Source of the DNA: Bdellovibrionota bacterium
GTDB lineage: Bacteria; Bdellovibrionota; UBA1018; CAIPTA01; JAALKR01
Reading direction: 5' to 3'
Assembly: GCA_965207455.1 (NCBI GenBank)
Contig: CBDBMJ010000001.1
Location: 1,472,001 to 1,536,000, forward strand
Length of the DNA: 64,000 bases
Part shown: positions 19,608 through 30,328 of the stretch, in pieces
Layout of the letters: the number at the start of each line of letters is the position of its first letter
Numbering within the stretch: position 1 is the first letter of the stretch
Made by a program: the position numbers and the translations under genes
Notes under the pieces: model-generated
The model's database searches: none
What the model was told of the DNA's origin: nothing
What the model saw: the letters and a program-made list of their open reading frames with translations, nothing else

Positions 19608-21428
19608 GTGAATATGGATCAAGAAAATAAACAGGAAGAATTAAAAAATAGGGCACAGCAAGTCCATACTGGCTCTGGCGTATACCGCATGATGGGGAAA
19701 GGTGATGAAATCATCTATATTGGCAAGGCCAAGAATCTCAGATCCCGTGTATCCTCTTATTTTCAAAAGTTAAGCGACCCCAAAACAAAAGTGCTCGTGA
19801 GCAGGATTGAGGATTTCGACGTTATTCTTACAGACTCTGAGGCAGAAGCGCTCATCCTAGAGTGCATCCTTATTAAAAAGTATAGTCCCCGCTATAACGT
19901 GATGTTAAAGGACGACAAATCCTATCCATACCTGGTAGTAGATTTTCACCATAGTTTTCCCAAGCTCACCTATACACGGCGATTTAAACAAACAAAAGAC
20001 ATGATGGTATTTGGTCCCTATGTTTCCTCCGGTTCCCTACGACAAACCATTGAGCTTCTCAGTCATTCCTTTCAGTTGCGTGAGTGTACAGATACGGAGT
20101 TTGCCAATCGTAGCCGACCCTGTATCAGTCATCAAATGGGATTCTGTAGTGCTCCCTGTACCAACCTGATTACCGCAGAAAATTACAAGAAAGATTTGGA
20201 AATGGCTCTAGAAATTTTAAAGGGACGAAGCAAGGAAACCGTAGAGGAATTGAGAAAAAAAATGAACTCTCTTTCCAAAAAAATGGAATATGAATTGGCA
20301 GCAAAGGTACGGGATCAAATTCAGGGGCTGGAAACTTTGCTCTTCAAAGAGGAGCAAAAGGTCACAAAAAATACGAACAATAAATTAGGGCAGGTGGATA
20401 TGGATGTGATTGGCTTTTGTAGAAAAGAAAACACCGCTTGCCTGTCTATTATTTTTTTACGAGGAGGAAGCATCGTTGATTCTAGTAATTTTATTTCCCA
20501 TTACTTGGACGATATGAGTGCAGAGGAAATCTTAGTAAATTTCTTAGGACAACTCTACCTCACAGATAATAGGTTTCCTCAGGAAATACTCTCATCAAAC
20601 AAAAAGAAGCACCCGCTTGGTATGATCCCCAAAGCCCCTCCCAGCGAAATACTTCTTCCCACAAACTTAGAGGAATTTGTGGAATCTAAAAAATCATTGA
20701 GCACCTCCAAGAACATACAGCTCCTGAAAGAAAGCTTATCTCAGCTAGGTTTTTCTTCAAAAATCACAGAATCCAAGCGAGGTGTAAAATATAAGCTAGC
20801 AAAAATGGCTGAAAAAAATGCCTCCAATGCCTTAACAGCAAGAAAAGAAGAAGACCACAATATCTACAAAACTCTCACGGACATAAAGGTAAAATTAAAG
20901 TTACAAAACTACCCCAGGCGAATTGAATGCTTTGACATTTCCAACCTTGGAGACAAAGGCATAGTGGGTTCCTGTGTTACGTTTATTGAGGGAAAACCTG
21001 ATAAAAAACTCTATCGTCACTACAAAATTAAATCCGTGCATACACAAAATGATTTCGCCTCCATGGAGGAGATACTCACCCGAAGATTAAAGAAAAGCAG
21101 TAAGTATGGGTCCATGGAACAGGAAGCTCCAGATCTGGTGATTGTGGATGGTGGTAAAAGCCAACTTGCTATGGCTGTGGAAGTAATGAAGGAATTGGAT
21201 ATTACGGGTATTGATCTTGCAGCTCTAGCCAAGAGTAAAGTTGTCTCAGATTTTAAAAGTAAAAAAATAGAAAAAAGTATGGAACGGGTATTTAAGCCGG
21301 GTAGGAAGAATCCAATTCCACTCACACCCGGTTCTAAAATGTGCTTGCTCTTAGAACGAATACGAAACGAAGCTCACCGCTTTGCCATTACACTCCAACG
21401 TAAGCAACGTACGCTTCCTAAAAAGTGA
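19608..21428 (+). CDS. uvrC: excinuclease ABC subunit C (appears to lack the C-terminal HhH)
   Basis: GIY-YIG (GVY...YIGKAKNLR.R), DDKSYPY, IECFDIS, VDGG..Q and RNEAHRFAI; the ORF ends shortly after this last motif. Confidence 0.96.
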   Translation: MNMDQENKQEELKNRAQQVHTGSGVYRMMGKGDEIIYIGKAKNLRSRVSSYFQKLSDPKTKVLVSRIEDFDVILTDSEAEALILECILIKKYSPRYNVMLKDDKSYPYLVVDFHHSFPKLTYTRRFKQTKDMMVFGPYVSSGSLRQTIELLSHSFQLRECTDTEFANRSRPCISHQMGFCSAPCTNLITAENYKKDLEMALEILKGRSKETVEELRKKMNSLSKKMEYELAAKVRDQIQGLETLLFKEEQKVTKNTNNKLGQVDMDVIGFCRKENTACLSIIFLRGGSIVDSSNFISHYLDDMSAEEILVNFLGQLYLTDNRFPQEILSSNKKKHPLGMIPKAPPSEILLPTNLEEFVESKKSLSTSKNIQLLKESLSQLGFSSKITESKRGVKYKLAKMAEKNASNALTARKEEDHNIYKTLTDIKVKLKLQNYPRRIECFDISNLGDKGIVGSCVTFIEGKPDKKLYRHYKIKSVHTQNDFASMEEILTRRLKKSSKYGSMEQEAPDLVIVDGGKSQLAMAVEVMKELDITGIDLAALAKSKVVSDFKSKKIEKSMERVFKPGRKNPIPLTPGSKMCLLLERIRNEAHRFAITLQRKQRTLPKK

Positions 21429-21430
21429 TA

Positions 21431-21670
21431 CTATAATAAATTTTTCAAGCCTGTACGAGCCCGGTAGCTACATTCATAGCAACGAACCACTTCATTGGTC
21501 ACCAGATTAATAAAGTCTGCAAAATAGCTAAACTGCAGTTGATTGCCACAAATGGGACATATTTCCAACTGCCGAATCACCTCTTCCTTAGAAGCCGTGT
21601 GATCTACATAGGATTGCAGTTCCTCTTGCTCTCCTGAAAAGTCAAAATCTCCATCTTCGATATCTTTCAT
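21431..21670 (-). CDS. small zinc-ribbon-like hypothetical protein
   Basis: CPIC and CYEC pairs; GGAGG RBS upstream. Confidence 0.65.
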   Translation of the reverse strand: MKDIEDGDFDFSGEQEELQSYVDHTASKEEVIRQLEICPICGNQLQFSYFADFINLVTNEVVRCYECSYRARTGLKNLL

Positions 21671-21818
21671 ACACGACCTCCATAAGGGAATAATTACCGA
21701 TTATTTATTTGTCGGGCCGTTGGAGTAAAAACTTGAGAGAAAAATATATTTTATCGAATAGCGTGTATGGAAATGGTGTCTAGCTGTGGAGCTTCTTTTG
21801 CTTTATTTGGCTGTATTA

Positions 21819-24380
21819 TTAGAATCGACCAATGGAGAAGTGCACCCTGTAGCGGTCCGGGTCTGTTGAACTCACACCGTCTCCCCTATCGGATATTTGA
21901 CCTAATTTATAGGCTAAGTCTAGGTTCACGGAACCAACGGGAGTCTCATACCGGACACCCACACCCAAGCTATGCCTAAGATCGAGGAGTCTCAGGACAT
22001 CCACAGAGAGATTTCCTGCATCCCAGAAAATGCCCAATCCCAGTGCTTCTCTTAGGGGGAATTGTAGTTCCCAGCGGTAGTTTATCAGGTGTAGGGTTCC
22101 ATTAATATTTCTTTGGGTTTCCACTTCTAGGGAATCATATTTATAGCCTCTTAGCGTGCTTGTACCTCCCAGGCGAAAGAGTTTTATTTTCGGTACTGGT
22201 CTGTCTAAAACATTGGATCGTTCAAACCCTATGTTCATACCAAAGCTAAAGACAAAGCTATGGCCCAGATCAATGTATGCACTATTATTGGAAGTGAACC
22301 TGTGATAGCCCACGGACTTTTGAGAGCCTAAAAATTCGGTAGCCAGTTCCATTTGATTGATGGAAAGGAAACCAGTGGATGGATTAAAAGGGTTATTTCT
22401 TGAGTCTAGGGCAATTCCAGCGGTTAAGGAGCCAATGGTGTCCTCTTCATTATACTCTTCGTCTTTTGCATTAAAGGAATGTACTTGCTCAAAACTATAT
22501 TTTAAGGATGTGGATATTTTTTTTGTTAGGTCTCGACGAAGCTCTACGGATCCTTTGCTAATGGAGGCGTCGAAGTTCGTGAATCTGCGTTTAAAAAAGA
22601 TCACGTTCGTAAAAAGTCCAATCCTTTGACTAAGAAAATAGGGTTCCTTAAAGCCGGCGTTGACATTATACTCCAGAAAATCAAAGTCCACTAATCGTCG
22701 ATTAAGGGAGGCATTTAAATTCACAGTTCGATGCATTCCTCCTAAGTTATTGTAGGAAGATCCAGCAAAAAATCGAAGTCCCACATCTGTTCTGTAGCCA
22801 TAGCCCATTTCAAAAGTTCCTGGAATGCTTTCATCTAAGAACACTAAAATATTGCGAACATTGGGTTTATTACTAGGTTCTGCCAAGCGAAATACAGTGG
22901 AACGAAATAGGCCCAGCCTGCGTAATCGATCTTCTCCTTCGGAAAGTTTTTCTTTTGTTAGTATATCTCCTGTGGAAAAAGGCAGTTCTCTGGTGATTAC
23001 AATAGATCTTGTTTTAGTATTGCCTCGAATTTTAATTTCTCCTGCATGAATTAAAGGACCCTCTTTAACGGTTAGCTTTATATTAACCTGAGATTGATCT
23101 TTAGAATATCTTGTGATAGAAGATTTCTTTTTTTCATCAATAATCACTTCAAGGTAGCCAATATTTTTATATTTTTCTTTTAGTTCTTCCACACCACTGC
23201 CAAAGCGAAATACATTAAATGGCATGTTTTTTTTAATCCCCAGAATATTTTTAACTTCTTCCTTGGGTATGGCCGTTACTCCGTCCAGCTCAATGGAAGA
23301 GACCGTAGTTTGTACTCCCTCTGTGAAAAAGAGTATAACATCCACCCGTTCTTTTTCTTTAGAAAATTTGTATTTTACCAAATCTAGCTTTGCGGATAAG
23401 TGACCCAGTGATTTTAAATGCTCAGCTAAAAGATCACCAGCCTTTCGGATACCTTCATCTTGAAAATATAATTTTTGAACTAAATTGGGACAAAAGGAAA
23501 TGAATAAATCCGATGCTTCTTTTATGGGAATGGTATAAATACCTTCCAATGAGAAGCTAGTTATTCTAATTCTTTTTCCTTCCTTTACAATAAAGCTGAC
23601 ATGCTGTATACCTCTTTTTCCATCCTGCCTAGTTACCGTTTTTATTTTCAAATTCACTAGACCCACTTGGTTATAGGCACGGATAATTCGTTCTCGTGCG
23701 GCATCCAGATAGTCTTTATCGAAACCCACTTCCTTTACTTCGCTCACATAGCCAAGCAGTTCTTTTTTGCTAAATCGTTTATTGTTTCTGAATCCAAATC
23801 GTATTCGAGGTCCGTAGGTCACCTTGATATTCATCATTGCAGATTCTTCATTGTTTTTAATGCTAATTTCCGTTACGGGTTCTTTCGTGATCAAAAAATC
23901 TTTTTCCAGCAGCCACTCTTTGAGTTTGTTGATAGCTGTTTTTATTTCCTTCCTATCCAGTCGGTCTCCTGCTTTAATATCAATAGCATCAAGAGCTTGT
24001 TTGTTTAATTTCTTTCTCAAAGATTTGTCTTTAATGAGAAGCATGGTGGAAAGGTTGATTTTTTTAATAATAACAGGCTTGCCTTCTTTAATTTCCAATC
24101 GGAATATGCCGGATCGGGAGAAAGAAGTTTTGATTTTAGTTTTAAAAAATCCTCTGTACTTATAAAGTTCGATTATACTTTTTTTAATGGCCTTTATTTT
24201 CCGCGGACTTACATCATCACCAACCTTCAGATTGCCTGCAATTATTATTGTTTCTTCAGAAATCTCTGCTTCACCGCTAATTTCTATGGAATTTATTTTA
24301 TTCGCGCCATGCCCATTCGGAATAGCCAAAGTAAAACAAAACAGCAACCAAAAGTGAGATTTCTTAATCAATAGTCTCAT
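21819..24380 (-). CDS. Omp85-family (BamA/TamA-like) outer membrane assembly protein
   Basis: Repeated POTRA-like units, LGG..TLRGY, G.GVRY.TPVG...LD and C-terminal Phe. Confidence 0.9.
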   Translation of the reverse strand: MRLLIKKSHFWLLFCFTLAIPNGHGANKINSIEISGEAEISEETIIIAGNLKVGDDVSPRKIKAIKKSIIELYKYRGFFKTKIKTSFSRSGIFRLEIKEGKPVIIKKINLSTMLLIKDKSLRKKLNKQALDAIDIKAGDRLDRKEIKTAINKLKEWLLEKDFLITKEPVTEISIKNNEESAMMNIKVTYGPRIRFGFRNNKRFSKKELLGYVSEVKEVGFDKDYLDAARERIIRAYNQVGLVNLKIKTVTRQDGKRGIQHVSFIVKEGKRIRITSFSLEGIYTIPIKEASDLFISFCPNLVQKLYFQDEGIRKAGDLLAEHLKSLGHLSAKLDLVKYKFSKEKERVDVILFFTEGVQTTVSSIELDGVTAIPKEEVKNILGIKKNMPFNVFRFGSGVEELKEKYKNIGYLEVIIDEKKKSSITRYSKDQSQVNIKLTVKEGPLIHAGEIKIRGNTKTRSIVITRELPFSTGDILTKEKLSEGEDRLRRLGLFRSTVFRLAEPSNKPNVRNILVFLDESIPGTFEMGYGYRTDVGLRFFAGSSYNNLGGMHRTVNLNASLNRRLVDFDFLEYNVNAGFKEPYFLSQRIGLFTNVIFFKRRFTNFDASISKGSVELRRDLTKKISTSLKYSFEQVHSFNAKDEEYNEEDTIGSLTAGIALDSRNNPFNPSTGFLSINQMELATEFLGSQKSVGYHRFTSNNSAYIDLGHSFVFSFGMNIGFERSNVLDRPVPKIKLFRLGGTSTLRGYKYDSLEVETQRNINGTLHLINYRWELQFPLREALGLGIFWDAGNLSVDVLRLLDLRHSLGVGVRYETPVGSVNLDLAYKLGQISDRGDGVSSTDPDRYRVHFSIGRF

Positions 24381-27300
24381 TTAAAATTCCATTTAAACTT
24401 AAAGTCAGCACCAAAAGAAGATCGGGATCCTTTAATAGTTGGGTCTGGCTTTTCTTTATATATACTAGTGATGGATATTTTCTGGCTCAAATGGTACTCA
24501 ATATTTGCATCAAACTCCTCCCCCTGAGCAACGCCAACAGTTGTGCCGAAGGAAGCATCCATATTATTTAACAGTCTAGTTTTTAGCAAAATTTTTGGCA
24601 CAGCAAACTCAGGCACGCTCTTAGGGCGCACTATATTTGCTTCGTTCTGAATAATGGTCGGTGATATTTGTATATTTACTCCAGTAGTTTGCAACTCTTC
24701 GTTTATCTTTAGTTGGTCTAGCAGCATGGAGCCCACTTCTGCATAAGTGATGGTGCTTAAACGACTATTATCACCAGATCGATTATTGTTTTTTTCTACA
24801 AATCCAAAAGCCAGTAAAGAAAGAATATCTTCTTGGGGCAACTCTGGGCTGGAACTCAGCGTGATTTTATAATTATCTATATTGCCGGCAGTAAATAATT
24901 TTATGGAGTATCCGCCCAAATCACTAGCTCCAATAAGAGAGAAAGACGGATTAAATTCCTCCAAATTCACCAAACTTACCTCCATGTGCTTTAAGCGAAA
25001 AGGGACATTTCTGAACAGGAGATTTCCATTCACTAGACTCATTTTTCCAGTTATTTTTGGGAATTTAAAATTATTTGAAATTGATATTTCTCCTTTAAAT
25101 TCTGAATCAAATAAATCATTTTTAACCACAACTCCATTTCTTGATATACTTTTTATATTTACTGTGTATAAATTACTTTTTTCCAGTATCAATTCGGGGA
25201 AGTACCGGGAGCCTTTTAGAGACTTTCTATCATCTAAGTCGAAGTTTCTCCTGATAATAATTTTTTTCATTTTTAATGTGCCAGAAATAGAGTAAGGCAA
25301 AGTTTTTCCAGTCAATGAAAGTGTTCCATTATCAACTTGAGCCAGATTCACGGGATAAAATTTAAATTTATTGTTGTTGAGGTTGAGATTTAAATTAAAA
25401 ACTGGAAGTTTGTGGAGAAAAAAATCAGCATAACCATCGATGGAGACAGACCCTTGACCAAAACTGCCATTCATGTTTTTCATAGTCACCCTGTTTTTGG
25501 AAAAGGAAAGCTCTCCGTTTAGAGGGAGTACACCTGGATTTATCCCTTCTATATGCATTCCTGCATTTTCTAATTTCACTGTTCCTTGCATGTTTAACTT
25601 ATCCACACTCCCCTTAAAAATTGTGTTTACTTTAGCAACTCCTGTAACACTATTTAATACTGGAGTTAGAAATTGAATTAGTTTTAAAGGAAGATCTCCT
25701 TTGGCCTTTAGAGTAAAGTTATCGCCAGAAATAAGACCTTTTGTATTGATGCTTAAATTGGAATCTTGTCCAATAAGAAAAATAGGGTCAAACTTAATAA
25801 AGCCTTTCTTGATACTTGCTTGAATGGGATTTTCTATGGAGAGAGAAACATCTTTAGAATATAAGCTCGCCTTATTCCATGTAACAGTACCATTCATTTT
25901 CTTCCAGTTTCCTGCTGTCCAATTGCTTTCCATACTGCCATCTAAAAGAACACTAGTGGATTCGTCATTACAGTAGATGGGATTTATAATACAAGCCATA
26001 AAGGAAAATCCACTGCCCTTGGTTTGTATATATAGAGAAGATTTAGACCCTGATCTTCGTCCTATCTTGAGTGAGAAATCTGTTTCTAAATTTTCAGACT
26101 CAGCTAGAAAATTAATTGTCTCTGGTGAGAAAGACATACTGGAAGACATGGAAGGTATTTTAATAGAACCTATTTCAGCGCCGTTAATCTCTAGCTCTAC
26201 CCCTCCCTCTATAGCATGCGTTGGCCCCCTTCCCCAGCCAGAGGCACTAAATGCTGCATTCATTGGGATTCCCATGGACACAAAATGATCGATATCCCTA
26301 AGCCTTCCACGGGAGATATTAAATTGGTAATCTAGGATGGAGTTTAAGCTATGGCTAATCCTCCCCTCTATGATAGAACTATATTTTCTGGCACGAATAT
26401 CTTTAGCGAAATACGTTCCATTTTTCAACCCCACACTACCCTCTAGACTGCTCAATTTTTCACTTAAATATAATAGTGAGCGAGATTTCATAGTGCCTGA
26501 AACATCAAAGGTTTTCTCTGGGTTAGTATAAGTCCCTTTAATGGCAATATCTCCATCCACAGTACCTTTTATTCCATAAGGAATCCAAGATATGTTTTTT
26601 GTCTGATAAGTGAAAATTTTAAAAACATTTTCCAGTTCAATATTTCGGAATTTTGTATGAAGATTCAATTTCTCAGTCTTGTCTATATTTATTATTCCAT
26701 CCAAGGTGAAGAAACCTTGAGGTCTATCGCCTCTGATTTTTTTTAAGGTAATGATAGAGTTGAGTGTATCTAAAGTCACCACTCCCTTACACTTACCTAA
26801 TTTAAGCTTAGTGTATTCCGCATCATTCAAGTTAAATTTGAAATCGAGGAAAACTTTAGGCAGAACTCCAGTTGCAAATACACCAAACATGCCCAATCCT
26901 TTAATGGGGATAGTACTGATTTTACCCACAGAGGAATTGAGGTCTATATTATTCCCTTGAGTGCTTAAATTGAAACCTGTAGTTCCATCATAAAAACCTA
27001 AAATCTTAAGTTTATCTTTTCCAATGGAAAGATCAACATCACCCATACTCAAGCGCTCATCTTTTAAGATCATATCTCCTCTAAGAGCAACCTCCTTTAA
27101 GTTAAAGATATTTTTAGTGGGTTCGCCCTTCTTCTTTTTTCGTTTATTTAAGCGTAGACTTTTCATTTTCAGGTTAGGTCGAAATAGCATTTCTTGAAAT
27201 AGCATTTCTTGGAATAGAATTTTGCTGACTTTAGTAGAAGAATCCCTCTTTCTTGCTTTTATTTGAAGAGAGAGTTCGCCGTTTAAATCCATATGGAGAT

Positions 27301-28462
27301 TTTTTAAGGATTTATTTAAATCTCCAGCAAAAGAATGGAAGTCAACATTATGAAAGTGGAAATTAAATTTGTTATTTAAAACATTCTTATCGAGATCAAT
27401 AGTCATTTCTTTTAATCTCAAAGCTCCATTGTTTTTGAGGAAATCGATATGTTGTATGGCAATTTTGTTTTTGCTGTACTGAAATTTCATAAATACCCTA
27501 TCCATTTCCCAAGAGGAATAGCGAAAATCATCGATGGAAAGCGTACTCTTGAAAGTATAGTTTCCCCATACGCCTGTGATATCTATTTCAGAATAAGCTT
27601 TTCCTGTAAATGACTTAATTTCTGGAAAAAATCCCCGTAACTCCTGGAGTTCTGTACGCGCTATCAGATGAATTTTAGCATCCATTTTAGGAATGTCTGT
27701 TATGTCTCCTGCGAGCTCTCCACTCACATGTACAGTTATGCCTTTCTTTTGAACATCCAGGGACAGCGCTTTTATTCCTTTTGGCCGTATCTCTAAATTC
27801 GATACAAAAGCATCCAGTTCTTCTGCTGAGTCGCCTATACGCCATGCAATTCCCTCCATATCAGACGTCAACAGGGAAAGAGATTGGTCAGGCAGCAGGG
27901 ATAGGTTTTGGATTTTTCTTATACGAAGAAAATTTTCATGTCCCTGGTTATTTGTGAATTCCACATCAATACTGGTATTTTTAATCTCTATCTCCCGTAC
28001 TTTTAGTTTAATTTTATTTTTTAATCGAAGGATGAAGGGTCTTAATAAATGCTTGGTTAGGTTTTTATTAGAAGGCAAGCCACCCGAAGGCTTAGGGAGG
28101 CGAATTTTAATAGTAGCTCCCTCCACAAAAATTTTGTTTAAAAAAAGTTCAACACCAAATTCCTGGAGCACTCGAAAGGTGACTCCTATTTTTTCAGCTT
28201 CAATAAGGGAGTTAATTGGTATACCAACAATATTATTACTTTTTATTTCTCTCACTTTAGGACGAATTAAAGAAATAGTAGGCGGAATGGCCTTGATACC
28301 TAAATAATCGAAATCAACAGCGATACCCAACTGGCTCTCTATTTGCTTTGCAAAGGTGTTTTTCAGAATGCCAGCAAAATGCCTGGATTCCACATATAAA
28401 ATTACACCAAATGTTGTTAGAGCAACAATAAGCGCAAATATATAAAAAGCTTGTTTTTTCAT
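24377..28462 (-). CDS. TamB-like translocation/assembly module protein
   Basis: N-terminal anchor, long beta-rich body, LSSSPELPQEDILSLL C-terminal motif; overlaps the Omp85 gene. Confidence 0.85.
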   Translation of the reverse strand: MKKQAFYIFALIVALTTFGVILYVESRHFAGILKNTFAKQIESQLGIAVDFDYLGIKAIPPTISLIRPKVREIKSNNIVGIPINSLIEAEKIGVTFRVLQEFGVELFLNKIFVEGATIKIRLPKPSGGLPSNKNLTKHLLRPFILRLKNKIKLKVREIEIKNTSIDVEFTNNQGHENFLRIRKIQNLSLLPDQSLSLLTSDMEGIAWRIGDSAEELDAFVSNLEIRPKGIKALSLDVQKKGITVHVSGELAGDITDIPKMDAKIHLIARTELQELRGFFPEIKSFTGKAYSEIDITGVWGNYTFKSTLSIDDFRYSSWEMDRVFMKFQYSKNKIAIQHIDFLKNNGALRLKEMTIDLDKNVLNNKFNFHFHNVDFHSFAGDLNKSLKNLHMDLNGELSLQIKARKRDSSTKVSKILFQEMLFQEMLFRPNLKMKSLRLNKRKKKKGEPTKNIFNLKEVALRGDMILKDERLSMGDVDLSIGKDKLKILGFYDGTTGFNLSTQGNNIDLNSSVGKISTIPIKGLGMFGVFATGVLPKVFLDFKFNLNDAEYTKLKLGKCKGVVTLDTLNSIITLKKIRGDRPQGFFTLDGIINIDKTEKLNLHTKFRNIELENVFKIFTYQTKNISWIPYGIKGTVDGDIAIKGTYTNPEKTFDVSGTMKSRSLLYLSEKLSSLEGSVGLKNGTYFAKDIRARKYSSIIEGRISHSLNSILDYQFNISRGRLRDIDHFVSMGIPMNAAFSASGWGRGPTHAIEGGVELEINGAEIGSIKIPSMSSSMSFSPETINFLAESENLETDFSLKIGRRSGSKSSLYIQTKGSGFSFMACIINPIYCNDESTSVLLDGSMESNWTAGNWKKMNGTVTWNKASLYSKDVSLSIENPIQASIKKGFIKFDPIFLIGQDSNLSINTKGLISGDNFTLKAKGDLPLKLIQFLTPVLNSVTGVAKVNTIFKGSVDKLNMQGTVKLENAGMHIEGINPGVLPLNGELSFSKNRVTMKNMNGSFGQGSVSIDGYADFFLHKLPVFNLNLNLNNNKFKFYPVNLAQVDNGTLSLTGKTLPYSISGTLKMKKIIIRRNFDLDDRKSLKGSRYFPELILEKSNLYTVNIKSISRNGVVVKNDLFDSEFKGEISISNNFKFPKITGKMSLVNGNLLFRNVPFRLKHMEVSLVNLEEFNPSFSLIGASDLGGYSIKLFTAGNIDNYKITLSSSPELPQEDILSLLAFGFVEKNNNRSGDNSRLSTITYAEVGSMLLDQLKINEELQTTGVNIQISPTIIQNEANIVRPKSVPEFAVPKILLKTRLLNNMDASFGTTVGVAQGEEFDANIEYHLSQKISITSIYKEKPDPTIKGSRSSFGADFKFKWNFK
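27181..27224 (+). repeat. in-frame 15-bp tandem repeat inside tamB
   Basis: GAAATAGCATTTCTT x2 plus a degenerate third copy; encodes LFQEMLFQEMLF. Confidence 0.85.
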
Positions 28463-28500
28463 TTACCAAATCCTTCTGGCTCTATCAGCACTTCAAAAAC

Positions 28501-29856
28501 CTATTTATTTTCTAAAAAATCGTTTAAAAAATTTACTCCATATTTATTATTATTAAAATTTTCATTCTTTAAAACTTTAGTATGGAAAGTACTGTTTGTT
28601 TTTATGCCCTCTATTTTTAATTCACTCAAGGCACGCAACATTTTCTTAATGGCTAGTTCTCTGGTGGCCTCAGTGGTTATGAGTTTTGCAATCATGGAAT
28701 CATAAAATGGGGGAACCGTATAATCATTATAAATGGAACTATCGAATCGCACACCCACCCCGCCTGGAACGTGGAGATCTTCTATGGTGCCAGGGCAAGG
28801 CTGAAATGTTTGAGGATCCTCTGCATTGATCCTACATTCTATGGCATGACCCTTTATGGAAATATCGGATTGCTCAAAAGGCAAGGGTAGATTAGCGGCA
28901 ATTAGGAGTTGAAGCTTCACAATATCCACACCTGTTACAGCTTCACTAATGGGATGCTCCACCTGAATTCTTGTGTTCATTTCTAAAAAATAAAACTCCA
29001 TAGTTTCCATATCCAGCAAGAACTCCACGGTACCCACGTTTTGGTACTTGGACTCTTTGGCTAGTCGAAGAGCTGCCTCACTCATCCGTTGGCGTATATC
29101 GTCGTTGATTATGGGACAGGGCGCCTCTTCTATCAGTTTTTGGTGACGTCGTTGGATAGAACAATCCCTCTCTCCCAAATGAATCATATTCCCAAACTGA
29201 TCACAGGCAATTTGGATTTCCACATGGCGTGCGTTTTCACAAAATTTTTCTATGAACAAATCACCATTACCAAACGCAGCCTTTGCCTCACTGCCTGTTC
29301 TTTCAAAACACCCCTTAAAAGCATCTTTGCTATGAACAATGGTAATTCCTCGACCACCACCACCACAACTGGCTTTTAAAATAACGGGGTAGCCTATTTT
29401 TTCTGCCTCCTTGGCCGCTTCCTCAACGTTTCGCACAACCCCCTGTGTTCCAGGAAGCAAAGGAAGGTTTGCTTTTTTTGCTATTTTCCTAGCTTGGATT
29501 TTATTTCCCAGCAATGCAATACTTTTAGAGGTGGGTCCTATGAATTTAATAGTACAGGCCTCACAAATTCTCGCAAACTCTGCGTCCTCTGATAAAAAAC
29601 CATAACCCGGATGTAAGGCATCGGCATCGGTAAGTTCCGCAGCTGCAATTATGGAAGGGATATTAAGATAGGAAAGCTTGGCGTGGGGTGGACCTATACA
29701 AACAGCTTCATCAGCTAGCTTAACAGGAAGGGACTGCTCATCCGCTTTGGAATAAACTGCCACCGTCTCCAAACCTAAATCCTTGCAAGCCCGAATCACG
29801 CGAAGAGCAATTTCTCCTCTATTAGCTACTAAAACTTTGCGAATACTACCAAGCAT
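28501..29856 (-). CDS. accC: acetyl-CoA carboxylase, biotin carboxylase subunit
   Basis: ANRGEIA, HPGYGFLSE, GGGGRG, EMNTRIQVEH and YDSMIAKL motifs. Confidence 0.98.
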   Translation of the reverse strand: MLGSIRKVLVANRGEIALRVIRACKDLGLETVAVYSKADEQSLPVKLADEAVCIGPPHAKLSYLNIPSIIAAAELTDADALHPGYGFLSEDAEFARICEACTIKFIGPTSKSIALLGNKIQARKIAKKANLPLLPGTQGVVRNVEEAAKEAEKIGYPVILKASCGGGGRGITIVHSKDAFKGCFERTGSEAKAAFGNGDLFIEKFCENARHVEIQIACDQFGNMIHLGERDCSIQRRHQKLIEEAPCPIINDDIRQRMSEAALRLAKESKYQNVGTVEFLLDMETMEFYFLEMNTRIQVEHPISEAVTGVDIVKLQLLIAANLPLPFEQSDISIKGHAIECRINAEDPQTFQPCPGTIEDLHVPGGVGVRFDSSIYNDYTVPPFYDSMIAKLITTEATRELAIKKMLRALSELKIEGIKTNSTFHTKVLKNENFNNNKYGVNFLNDFLENK

Positions 29857-29864
29857 GGAAATAC

Positions 29865-30323
29865 CTATTTGGGCTCAATAAGAAAAAGGAGCTGGCCGTA
29901 CTCCACTGCACCCTCTTGCTCTGCTAGGATACCCACAATTTTTCCAGAAAACTCCGCCTCTATTTCGTTCATAATTTTCATGGCTTCAATAATGCAAAGA
30001 ACATCCCCCTTTTCCACTGCCTTTCCAATAGTTACATAGGGGGGCTTTCCTGTACCAGGTGTTCCGTAGTATGTGCCCACAAATGGACTAAGGATTTCCT
30101 TTGTTTTACTCGTATCAAGTTTACTCGCAGGAGCAGTTCGAGTATTTTCTGCCACTTCCGTATGTTGCACAATAGCTGGAGGCACTAAATGGGGTGCACC
30201 CACAACCGTGGCTGACACATCTTTACAAATCCGAATGCACTCCTTGTCTTTTTTCCACTCCAACTCCGCTATTCCAGAGTTCTCCACAAGATTTACTAAT
30301 TTTTGAATATCTTTATATAACAT
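29865..30323 (-). CDS. accB: biotin carboxyl carrier protein
   Basis: EAMKIMNEI biotinylation motif. Confidence 0.97.
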   Translation of the reverse strand: MLYKDIQKLVNLVENSGIAELEWKKDKECIRICKDVSATVVGAPHLVPPAIVQHTEVAENTRTAPASKLDTSKTKEILSPFVGTYYGTPGTGKPPYVTIGKAVEKGDVLCIIEAMKIMNEIEAEFSGKIVGILAEQEGAVEYGQLLFLIEPK

Positions 30324-30328
30324 AATAA

